A stretch of 64,000 bases of DNA, taken from contig CM060734.1 in assembly GCA_030704615.1 (NCBI GenBank), positions 2,108,001-2,172,000 of the forward strand, in the 5' to 3' direction. The translations under genes and the position numbers were made by a program. Below, in pieces: positions 1 to 11,155 of the stretch; positions within the stretch are counted from its first letter, which is position 1; each line of letters starts with the position of its first letter. Origin of the DNA: Takakia lepidozioides (taxonomy: Eukaryota > Plantae > Bryophyta). The notes under the pieces were generated by a model. That model was not told where the DNA came from. It did not search any database and was given only the letters and a program-made list of their open reading frames with translations.

Positions 1-1736
1 TTCTATGTGCAAACGTGGTCGGGGCATGCGGACTCAAGCACATCAAGGGGGTTGTTTCTCTCCTGCATCATTTCAGTGGCACGGTTTGATGCTGGAGCTT
101 GCCGTCATGTTGGAGGTTCCTCCACAATGGAGGTTCCGGACACGGAGCTGTCATGCAGGGGAACACGAGGCTTCGAGAAGTTATCACGGTCTGCCCTGTG
201 GGAATCTGAATCCGAACCAGGTGGAGTGTTCAATTTCCTCTTACAGGAGCCGAATCTCTCCTCCCCTTCAAGATGTGGAACTCTAGAAACAAGTTGGCGT
301 TCCCTGGGCATACATGCTCACCGCCCGTGCTATCTTGATTGGATCCCCAGATCTGTTTGCAGCACGCCAACATCAACTCCGATTTGTCCGGACCCTTGCC
401 ACCAACCCCACCTCGTAAGAAATCACGGTATCGGGTTTTGTTGTTGCAAGGCACGTATCAAATCATCTGTTGTTGCCACATACAAATCCGACCTCTTTTC
501 CCAGACTGCTGCAACCATGCATTGTGCACAGTTTCTGCCAAATTGCAAGATGGCATGTCTGCCATTTCCTCAATGGACATGTTCTGCAAAGAGGATAACC
601 ACACTTCAGAATAGTGCACAGGAAACAAACATAAAGAAAGCAACAAAAATATGGAAAGCAAATGTATGAATAAAGCATGAAATAGAAGCCTCGTACCATT
701 GTCATGGCTGCTCCCCACTGTCTATACCGGAAGTGCCAAAACGCCAGCCAATCTTCCAATGCTCTCATACTCTCAAGTGATGCAGCTCCAGAAGAGAACC
801 ACCAGGCACGAATTGTCTGGACAAAGTGTCCGCCTCCTTCATTGTTCTAGCATCTTTGTACTCTTTGCACAATTTACGGTGCTGAGTCTGCATCTCTGGT
901 TTGATGTCCGACTTTGTATGTTTTTCCAGAGATTGTGTCCAATGGAATAGACATGTACGCTCTCTTCCTGGCATAGGCACTTTGGGTCGCCCGATCCGAA
1001 GACAATACGAATAGCATTGAAATTTGCTTGAAGCACTATCCGCCATGAAACCTGCGAAAATTTGGAGATGGCAGCCCATGGCAGCCCATGACACGTATCA
1101 GGGAATTCCACATGAGCTTCTGGGATTCCGTATCCTCGATTGCATGTCACAAACTGCAATTGTCATAACTCGTTGGTACACACTGGATCGTACGACATGA
1201 CAAGCATTGTCGTCAATCCTTCACTCGTTTCACATGATCAACATAAGAAAACAGTTTCTGCAAGTCCCCAGTCTTCTGGCATCCGCTTCACGAGGCTAAC
1301 CCCACTGCCTCCCAACAGTCGACATTTTGAAAAGAAAAACTTTGATGGCACCTTGACCTGGGAATACATTGTCCTGGATGTAATCGTACTGCTCAGTCGT
1401 TTCAATTCCAAAATATTGTCTATGTAGCCTCTGATCCCAGAGCCCATTCTCAATGCATTGAGCTGATGCCGAATGTTGGTGACTTAAAGTGGAGAAATGA
1501 TCCATGACCAGTCCAATGCTGCAAGCCGTCAAGTTTAGTCCCCACAGAATCTCCTTCACTCAAATATGGCTTTCCCAAGAAGGACTTGCTTGCGCCAAGA
1601 GCAATTGCAGATGTTGTTGCGGATGGGATTCTGCCCGAACTCCTGTTTGATCAACCTCGATACTGTCTCAACACTCTCCCTGTAATCCCCCTTTGAGACA
1701 GGATGGTTATGGAATCCAAAATGCACACAAGCTCTC
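1..1736 (-). pseudogene. Diverged Mutator-like DDE transposase fragment (frameshifted), relative of the copy A/B/C transposase
   Basis: Minus-strand pieces YDYIQDNVFPGQG, FLFKMST, FAGFMADSA, WLAFWHFRYRQWG and DMPSCNLAETVHNAW align with YDYIQGSRFPGQG, YIFKMST, FRGFMADNA, WLGWWHFRYRQFG and DMPNTNMAESVHSSW of the copy C transposase; the intron lies at the same position before the catalytic-E exon. Runs into the gap and off the window. Confidence 0.85.
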
Positions 1737-2236
1737 NNNNNNNNNNNNNNNNNNNNNNNNNNNNNNNNNNNNNNNNNNNNNNNNNNNNNNNNNNNNNNNN
1801 NNNNNNNNNNNNNNNNNNNNNNNNNNNNNNNNNNNNNNNNNNNNNNNNNNNNNNNNNNNNNNNNNNNNNNNNNNNNNNNNNNNNNNNNNNNNNNNNNNNN
1901 NNNNNNNNNNNNNNNNNNNNNNNNNNNNNNNNNNNNNNNNNNNNNNNNNNNNNNNNNNNNNNNNNNNNNNNNNNNNNNNNNNNNNNNNNNNNNNNNNNNN
2001 NNNNNNNNNNNNNNNNNNNNNNNNNNNNNNNNNNNNNNNNNNNNNNNNNNNNNNNNNNNNNNNNNNNNNNNNNNNNNNNNNNNNNNNNNNNNNNNNNNNN
2101 NNNNNNNNNNNNNNNNNNNNNNNNNNNNNNNNNNNNNNNNNNNNNNNNNNNNNNNNNNNNNNNNNNNNNNNNNNNNNNNNNNNNNNNNNNNNNNNNNNNN
2201 NNNNNNNNNNNNNNNNNNNNNNNNNNNNNNNNNNNN
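1737..2236. other. Assembly gap (500 N)
   Basis: Run of N. Confidence 1.
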
Positions 2237-2580
2237 TTTCCGGAAATGTGACGGCGATAGATAGAGACCAGTGACACGTGCCTCAATGATAGATAGAAGC
2301 GATGGGCATCCATTGAGTGTTTAGTAGTCATACTGCATCTCCATAAATGCCACGACGTTAGTATTTCCAAAGGAATTCAGCATTCAGCTATATAAAGGGG
2401 TTTCAATCCTCCCTGGTAGATGGTTCCTCAACAACACCCAAATTAATCAAACGCATATATGCAACGTATAACAAAGTATAAGTAGCTACAAGAATGAGTA
2501 CAATGCCTGTTACTTCATCCATAAAAAAAACGGAAACTTCCTGACTAATTACTCACCTCCCAACAGATGCACCATTTATA

Positions 2581-2710
2581 TGACGAGCCCTGGACGCGCG
2601 CGGTCAGGGTGACGGCATACTAGCTAGGATGGGTCGAGGTGTGTAGCGGAATGGGTTGGGCTCAAGGAACCGCCCACCCGACTGTGGTTAGTGCAAAGGT
2701 CCGCGACAAT
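2581..2710 (+). repeat. Fragment related to the start of the LTR-like insertion at 26352
   Basis: tgacgagccctggacgcgcgcggtcagggtgacggcata...cccgactgtggttagtgca matches tgacgagccctgagcgcgcgcggtcagggtgacgacata...cccgactgcggttagtgca at 26352. Confidence 0.7.
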
Positions 2711-3124
2711 GCTAGTGGCAGGAATCCTCAACAATTCTAATCCCACCGGCAAAGATAATATCTACTAAAGATTTGTTTGCACAATCAGCACAGTAGACGT
2801 GCTTCAAATGCAATTCATGTGGATCAATAAAAACCCCATAGTGCCGTCTTTTTGTTCTATTTTGTATCCATCGTTCCCAGAATGCATCATTCCTCATTTC
2901 GTTTGGGATTGGGGGTGTGGGTGGATTTTGCAAGTGGCTGGTAGGCTGAAATGGGCCCCTATTATACATAGCTGTACCACCCTACCATTCGCGAAACATT
3001 GCCTTTCAATATGTATTTCTAAAAAACATTGCCGAACCTCCTTCATCTGGAGGTCCTTCTCCCCCTATGACCGTGACACCCTAAACCCTATTCCCGCGGA
3101 CACTCATTTCTGGAAAATAGTCCT

Positions 3125-3205
3125 GCTCATGTTTTTTTCGACACTTACGACTCTGCTCATGGCTCATGCCGCTCATGGCTCATGGCTCATGAAATAGCAG
3201 CCCCC
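3125..3205 (-). repeat. MULE terminus (TIR variant GGGGGCTGCTATTTCATGAGC) with tandem CATGAGC motifs
   Basis: Reverse complement matches the GAGGTTTACTATTTCATGAGC...(CATGAGC)n terminus at 14806, 45886 and 55384; followed by 9-bp TCAGGTTCA. Confidence 0.8.
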
Positions 3206-3690
3206 TCAGGTTCAAACTGGGTCGGGGAGGACGTCCAAATTCTGGTTCCGGATGCTCCCAACCTAGATAAGTTAAGTGCCTAATGCTTTTCCTTTGGAAA
3301 TTTTCTGCACTTCTGTATTTCTGCAAGATGTTCCAATTCAAGGGACTAACGGGTAGATTGAACAGATGACTGATTCAAGGGAAACGGGCTAAGAGGAAGA
3401 GGCGGACATGGTATTTGAAGCCCGTCATCATCAGTCCACCACAGCATTATGAGCTGCCAAGCTATGTGGAAGCAGTTGCTCGAAGGCAGGCAACAGAGGA
3501 TAACTTTGCCATGTCTTCCAGACCATTCTGGCCTCAGGAGAGGAAGGCCAAGAAAATGCGTAGTGTTAGGAAATTCTTTGATACTTATGCTGAGGAAGAT
3601 GAAGATGAAGAAGATACTATAGACATTAGAATACCAGAAGAAGGTGACGACGGACTCTTTGGAGATGCACCTCAGCACAATGAGGACTAG
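3206..3690 (+). pseudogene. Displaced 3' part of the family-2 ParB-MTase cargo gene
   Basis: IISPPQHYELPSYV...VRKFFDTYAEEDEDEED resembles the copy A C-terminal exon MTSPVKDYSLPSYA...VRKLICDSADESDADRED; joins in frame through the 9-bp TSD to the minus-strand gene broken at 14807. Confidence 0.7.
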
Positions 3691-4031
3691 AGTATTCCGA
3701 GGAGAATATTTGAATAGTAAACTAGTTGACTTGGGTATGCAGCCACTGTCAGTGTAGACTGAAGTTGGCATCATGTACTTGTTAATAAATAAAGGATTAG
3801 TCCATGTCTCACTTGTGTATAAGTTCATATTTGAATCTTCAACAGTTCGTACTAAAGGAATGAAACCAGAAAACTTAATTGATGACCCCTTCGAAGGAGA
3901 TGCAGAGACTTAGCTGTTACGGTGGTTCGACACCAAACCGCCAAAGTTGGACGTTGGATTTGCATGTAGCCAACGATTATGGAGGTTTGACACCGAACAG
4001 CCAAAAAAATGTTAAAATCTCTAAGTTAAAC

Positions 4032-4073
<42 letters not shown>

Positions 4074-4429
4074 CTGCAAGTGTCTCAGATACGGTGGATG
4101 GAACTGTATCATCCATCGGGATGAGACAGCGCACATTCATCGAGTTGTTTTGTAAGTGAACCTAGAAATCTGGACGTTTTTATGAAACGCCTCGCTTTGA
4201 AAGACGTCTATTTGTTTTTCAGGTTCCTACATAAATTCATCCTCTGGAGAGGCAATGCCAGGGACGTTCGGTGCCGAACAACCACCCATAATCAGGCATA
4301 TGTTCACGATGGGACCATATCAGAAGTGACATATTACCAATCTTCTACTTAAGAGTATGAAAACCAATGAGTGTTCGGCAACAAACACCCAGATGGTTCA
4401 ATCCAACCATCTAATTTCATCCCCTCGTG

Positions 4430-4790
4430 GAATGCGGAGCCGCAGTTCCGTCGATGGGTCTGGAGTTGGAAAAACGTCCATCTCCAAAATGGAAATGCGG
4501 CACCGCATTTCCATGTCCGCCATTTAAATAACGTGTTCGACCTCCGCATGCGGGGTGGCATTTCCATTTACCTCCATGGAAGGAGATGGCAATCGGCAAA
4601 ACTGCCATGTTGAAAACGGAAATGCGGCACCGCATTTCCGTTCGGCCGAATAGTTTCTGATGTCCAAACCATGAAACGGAAAATTGTTCTTGCCCCGGTT
4701 TTGGAAATGCGGTGCTGCATTTCCAAACGAGGTTTTTGCAGTTGCCACATTTCCGTTCCGACATGGAAATGTGGTGCCACATTTCCGATT
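4430..4790. repeat. Cluster of GGAAATGCGG-NN-CCGCATTTCC palindromes downstream of the cargo gene
   Basis: At least 5 perfect or degenerate copies, e.g. 4491 ggaaatgcggcaccgcatttcc and 4616 acggaaatgcggcaccgcatttccgt. Confidence 0.9.
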
Positions 4791-4922
4791 TTGGGAGGGA
4801 TGTGGTTTGGACGATGGTGTCGTTGAGAAGCACATGGGAGAGGGGACATGAAGGACGGGGAGAATTTCCTTTATATACTCTGGAAGAGAATTTAAATGTA
4901 CAGAGAGTTCATTAAAATTCTA

Positions 4923-7900
4923 CTAATCTTGAAAATCATCACTATCGTCGTCCTGTCCTTGACTGTCCTGCTCCGCCTCCACCCTGTCATTGCCTTTCTC
5001 ATCTCCAGCGGACTGCTCGTTGGTCAGGCTTTCGAAAATCCCATCTTCCCCTTGCGGAACCGACCATCTCACCTCCGTTGGGTTGTCGTCCTCCCTGTCT
5101 GCATCGCTCTCATCCGCTGAATCACATATGAGCTTTCGCACCCGTCTACCTGTCTCAGATGCTGCCAACTCTTTCCTTATCCTTCTGTCCTCCCTAGCCC
5201 TCTCCAAAATCTGCTCTACTTTATTGGGATTCTCACATCGTCTAATCGCTGTATTTGCGAGTTTAGCTGCATAACTAGGAAGGGAGTAGTCCTTCACCGG
5301 GCTCGTCATGAAGTTGGCCCTCGCAAAGAAAGGACATTCTTCCTGGCAGGAAGTGTAGGCCCTACATGTTTCGACCCGGATCCTAGAATCCTACACATAA
5401 CAATCACCCATGAGACCAATGAGAACCACAGTCCGGAAATGCGTTTGACAAAAAATCACCCAGAAGGCTTTGCAAACTTACAATGTTTGCACTCACTCGT
5501 ATCGGCATCAATGTCCACTGTCTCTTCCTCCGACTCCGACGAATCCGAGGAATCTTTGTCTTTGATGGGAGCCTTCACATTCCGTTGAAGCCCTTCCAGA
5601 TGGGATCCCCAGACAGATGTGTCCTCCTCGTAGGCAAAGAAGTGCCGGTCGGAAAACCGCCCAGCCCACATTGAGGCACATGTTACAATGCCATCCACAC
5701 ATTATAACATGGCCCTTCAGATGTTGCGAATTAAAGCATAAAGAGAATTTGCAGAACAACATAGTACAAGATTCTCCATACCTGTCCCACAGATGAGGTC
5801 AAGCACTGTGCCCTCCAGGTCAGTGCATGTCTCCATAATTGTCTGAATGAAGGCAGGGCTCCGAGTCCGTGAATACCGCAGGGGTTCCGTTGAAGTGAGG
5901 CTATGAGAGAGAAGTTCCGTCGGAACGTTGTTGAACATGACGTTGTAATCGATGGGGTCGCAATTCGGGTCAACCAACAATCCATCCTTCCGGAAAGCAA
6001 AGGTGGAGTTCTCCTTCACAAAGCAGTATGCATCGAACTGCTTCGTCTGCATACACAGTGGGGAATGATTAGAAATCAAATGCGGCACCACATTTCAAAA
6101 CACCTAACAAAATGAAAGGACGAGTGCCAATGTCGTAATTACCTTCTTCCCTTCCGACCGAAGGCCCAATGTGTTGATGCACGTCCACTTCTTCTTCAAA
6201 ATTGGGATGACGCTCTTGCGGGTCCACTTCGCAATTCCTGTCTGCGTGTTTTTGCCTCTACTCACCAGGACAACCACACAGCCTCTGTCGTCCAACACCA
6301 TGCGGGCGAGCCCAAATCATTTCTTCCAAAAGTCCTCGGAGTACCTGTTCCAAGATGGCAAAGCTTGCAGTCCTTCCATAGGCTCTCCGTTCGGAATATC
6401 CAAGATGATCATATCGCAAGACCACTCGGTGGCTTTTCCGCCCCTCCTACAATCCTTGTCTGGACACACCCTCTCAAAGAACGAGACCATCTTCAGAAAC
6501 CCAGGGGTGTCGGAAGGCTCTTCGGCAGCCGCCTTCTTCAGTGCTCTGCCCTTCAGACCCTCCATGGTCTTCATGTATGCCAACTTGGCTGCCCGTCCAT
6601 CCAAAGCCGCCAAGAAACTCTCATTTACACACTGGACTACTTTATCGGGATCCACTCTCGGCCTCTTAATTTCCACTGGCTCGAAAAGGGTGCCCCCCCG
6701 GGGGGTTGAAGAGTGCCTTCTTTGCCGAGCCTGTTCTCGTCCCTTTCGTGACAACGGTGGGCACAGGGGATTTCGGCTGCGTTTCGGGGGGCGGGCTGGT
6801 TGCAAAGTCTCCATCGGAGTCCACTTCGTCACCCTCTTCCTGGTCTTTCTGTTTCTGCTTCTTTGTTTTTTGGGTGTCACAACTGCTGCTCCTTGCTGGC
6901 GAGTCCTCTTCTTCGGCCCCTTTTGTTGAGCCTGCACAGCTACATCTACCGTCTTCTGTGCCATCTCAGCTGCCTTTTTGGATTGTTCCAGAGCAACAGC
7001 TTCTTTTGCCGACTCTAGCCTAGCAGGGACACGTCTTTCCTTTCTCTTCTCTTCTGCTTTCGCGTGCAGATCTTTCTCAGACTCGTCAACAATTCCGCCA
7101 GACATGTCCAGGTACCACGGGCATCCAACGAGATGCGCGACATGCCATTGTTTCTGCATCTCGGGTGTGTAGACACAGCTTGGGCCCGCCACGGTCCAAG
7201 CCATGAAGAACGGGGGCTCTTGAGCCAGGGCCCCTGTCTGAAGAAGCACGTATTTCATATACCTGCAGGGCAGTCAGCATGCATGAGCAGAAGTTGAGAC
7301 CAACGTATTCGCAGAGTGCAACCGAAAACATAAAATGCGATTGCGGTGCCGCATTTCCCAGACAAACCTCATAACCAAGCTTCGCATACAAGGGCAGCTG
7401 GTTTTCATCTGTAAACAATTCGCATTGCAGCTTTTCCCGCTCCCTCCTGATGTGTAAACTCCACGCTCCTTCTTGCTGTCTGCAGCTCCCCGGCGAAGAG
7501 GTTGTCCTTGTACGCACATCTGAAACGTGTCACGTAGTCTTCCAATGTTTGTGTTCCATCCCATTTGACGTACAAGCCGAACGAATTTGTATGCATTACG
7601 ACTTGCTCCTTCGCATTCGTCATTACCTGCGATTCCCACATGCATTGTCACGTAGCAGTTCAGGGAATTCATTTCAGAAAAGCAAATCGGGGGAAGAACC
7701 TTGAATTACCTGGAACCACCAAGTCATGCGGTTGAGCCACACATCCACTACAGGGTCAGAAACTTCGAGTGGAAAAGACCACAGTGTCCTTATACTCTCC
7801 GATGCATTCCAGATCGACAGCCACCGTGTCTGCAATTTCCGATCCAATGTCAGGAGCAGGAAGTCGAGTGGCTATTGCTAGGAAGGAACTTCAGTGTAAT

Positions 7901-9878
7901 GAAACCTCACCTTCTCTTTCGCCTCAACACATGTCGTTGAGAGGTGATGCAGTTTCTCCAACTGCATGGTCGGTTGCATGGCCCGAGAATAGTGTTTTGC
8001 AATCTCGGGGATGAAGTCTTTTCCAAGTGCCGGATCTGCAATGGCCACCAGCTTCACAAGCTTTGACTTGTATTTTGTTCTGGACTTGACCCCGGCTTCC
8101 TTCAAGTGCTCAGTCAATGACTGCAACGTTTTGACCTGCCCCTCACTTTCCATGAAGAAGCGTTTGGCATGGGCCAAATCCAGCTTGATGTTTGACTGCC
8201 AACAAAAACATGCAGAAGCGTTACATTCAATTCATGTGGAAAGATTACTGAAAATTGGGGAAGGATGAGCAGAGGGAAATGGGAGGACGACTTACTTCGT
8301 ATATCACCTCCACCATTCCATCCATAGTGAGACGATACCATGTCCGGTCTGTTTTTGCCACGGCTTTCTGAATGAGCTCGGGCTCCAGCATTTCTGCAAA
8401 CATGTGCGGATCAGTGAGACCAGTTTTCCTCACCCTGTACAACATATGTGCTATGTGGGTATGCACGTACGCATTTTCAGTGACCCCGCAAGGCACACTC
8501 TCCAGTTCAGTCCACGGAAGCATGGAAACAAAACAGATTGGAAACCGAAATGCGGCACCGCATTTCGAACGTGCTTGGGAGGGTATGAGTATCTTACGAG
8601 TTGAGGTCCGCCATGGCATTCTTGAGCGTGGGAGGAGTCTGCCGCCTTCACCTTGAGGATGACACACTCCACCATGTAATGCCAGCCAATATGCTTGGCA
8701 TGGTTCTGCTTGATGTACTCCCACCAGGCAAGAAGTCGGTGATTCCCGTCCCACACAAAGAACATTTTACCCGACATATGGCCGAAGTCTGGATCACCCT
8801 TTAGCGTTACCTCAAATTCGTTGTTGCGAGTGTGCCAGTGGGTATCCCATGCTGACAATTCATCCGCAATGGGTCCACGAGTTTCGCCGTCCTCATTCTC
8901 GATGGAAACGTAGAAGGCTGGCGAACCTAGACGGTACCCTTCTCGAAATGCGAACTTGAGCTTATCCACATCTCCGGGAAGTGCCTGCCTGACGATGGGA
9001 AGGGAGACCATGCGACAGAGTGGGATTCGAAGAGTCCGCTGGAATACCCTGCTGCCCAGAACTCTGCCAATGCTAATGTGTGTCTCCTCCAACATTGTAT
9101 CCGCTGCACTTTGGAATTCCTCTGGAGACATTTCTGCAGGTGGCGGTAGGGGCTAAGCAGCTGGAGCATCCCCAACTGGAGCTGCACTCTGGGGAATCTT
9201 TGCGGGCAATTCTACCATTACAGAGGCCTCCTCCGGGCCTGCAGTATTCTGAAGATCTTCCTCAACGGTGGTCAGGTCTTGCTGCGAACGTTGAGCGGCA
9301 GCACCCTCCTCCGGTGACAGATCGACGAAATTGGTCAATCCCATTGCCTTCGCTGCAGGAGAGACGCCCCCAACATCACCAGGCTGGAAATCAAGCAGGA
9401 ACTGGGCTTCAGCTCGTGGAATCGGTTTTGCGGGAGACTGCTCCGCCCTCCCCCTGATTGCCTTTTGCTTCCTCATTCTTGCAAGTGAAGGTGTCTACTG
9501 CAATTGAATCTACCATGTACCCTTTTGCTTCATTCGCTTGGGTGGGGGGGAAACGGCCTGGTCCGGTTCAGAAACCAGTTGAAGGACGGGCTGCTTCTTC
9601 TTTGTCTTTGCTGGAGAAGGGCCCGACCCCTGCTGGCGATTCTCCATGGCCTTCGAACGCAAGTCGTTCTCTGGGGCTTTGAATTGCAAAGACTTGCCCT
9701 TCCAAGCCGCGTCCTTGAAACGCACATGGCTAGGCCCGGCAGGAAGACCCGTGCTCGTGGATCGGCTGGGTGTGCGTGTTGCAGCTAGCTCCACGGACTC
9801 TTCCTGCGGCTCTTCGGATTCTTGCGATCCCTCCAGCACCTCCACCTTTCCAGTTAGGCATGCAAACATCTTCTGCAT
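4923..9878 (-). pseudogene. Multi-exon ParB/Srx-like + beta-class N6/N4 DNA methyltransferase fusion (copy A cargo; frameshifted)
   Basis: ParB-like IPLCRMVSLPIVRQ...FFVWDGNHRLLAW (8451-9131); MTase motif IV-like DMIILDIPNG (~6390), LDDRGCVVVLV, RSPAFIQTIMETCTDLEGTVLDLICGTG (motifs X-I, ~5780-5870), RHFFAYEED (motif II); GT-AG introns; acidic tail. Confidence 0.8.
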
Positions 9879-10419
9879 TCAAGTCTCCTAGCATACAGTC
9901 TAAGAATTGCAAAAGAAAAATGAGGGGGGTTTCGGTGCTCGATCCGCTGTGCGCATCCCGATAGCACGGAGCTCTCACTGGTGGCTGGGTTGCCTGCGTG
10001 GCCTGCTGCTGCGAAATGGCAATCTCTTCTTGTAGACGCATCTCCTTCCTCCCCTTCAGCATTGGCCTACGACCGAAGTACAATTTGCGGAGCTTGCGAC
10101 GATGTCTCTTCTCTGGTGCATGCACTCCGTCCCTCTCAGGTTCGAGCATAAGAAAAACAGAGACAGGGAAAAGGGGCGAAGAGTGCAGATGGAAAGGGCG
10201 CGAGAGGGGTGACAGAGGAGACACGACAAAAGAAGATGAAACGGCGGTGATGCACCACTTGGGTTCGAAAGGGTTGGACGAAAGTGTCTCCTCGTGGACT
10301 TTGCATCATTACAAAATTCGAATCGTCAAGGGTACGCCTGCCGTCCGAAAAACTAACATCATTAACCAACGGTCAGACCGTGCCGCCTCCTGCCACTTCA
10401 GACAGATAGAGTGCAGACA

Positions 10420-11155
10420 TGTAAATGTGGTGCCGCAATTCCGTTGGTCCACGTGTTCACATATCATGGCATTTCCGTCCCAGCGTCTGATGAGTTAGCG
10501 AGAAAACGCAAATGCGGCGCCGCATTTCCGTCCCACACCTCCATGCCTGAGATACAAAACGGAAATGCGGCACCGCATTTCCGTTGTGGAATGTCGGAAG
10601 GTGTGACTCGGAGGAAATGCGGTGCCGCATTTCACTTCCAGTGGTTCGGGATTTTCAATCAGAACGGAAATGCGGTACTGCATTTCCGTTCCACTTTCAC
10701 ATACCTTACTTGTTGAATGGAAATGCGGTACCGCATTTCCGTTCTGGAGAGTATGAAGGTCTCCCCCGGACGGAAATGCGGTGGCGCATTTCCGTTGTGG
10801 AATGTCGGAAGGTGTAACTCGGACGGAAATGCGGTGCCGGATTTCACTTCCAGAGGTTCAGGATTTTCAATCAGAACGGAAATGCGGTACCGCATTTCCG
10901 TTCTGGAGAGTATGAAGGTCTTCCCCGGACGGAAATGCGGTGGCGCATTTCCGTTGTGGAATGTCGGAAGGTGTGACTCGGACGGAAATGCGGTGCCGGA
11001 TTTCACTTCCAGAGGTTCAGGATTTTCAATCAGAACGGAAATGCGGTACCGCATTTCCATTCTGGAGAGTATGAAGGTCTCCCCCGGACGGAATTGCGGT
11101 GCCGCATTTCCGTCCCACACCTCCATGCCTGAGATACAAAACGGAAATGCGGCGC
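10420..11155. repeat. Intergenic palindrome array, copy A (~14 units, ~53-bp period, 159-bp higher-order trimer)
   Basis: Repeated (A)CGGAAATGCGG-YR-CCGCATTTCCG(T); near-identical 159-bp blocks from ~10718. Confidence 0.95.

Noticed and set aside
1651-2370. ORFs spanning the N run
   Set aside because: Artefacts of the assembly gap.
4035-4073. Poly-T tract as a retroposon tail
   Set aside because: No adjacent SINE/LINE body or TSD recognisable.
4923-9878. Bacterial contaminant or prophage as source of the ParB-MTase
   Set aside because: The gene has GT-AG introns conserved across copies and is embedded in eukaryotic transposons.
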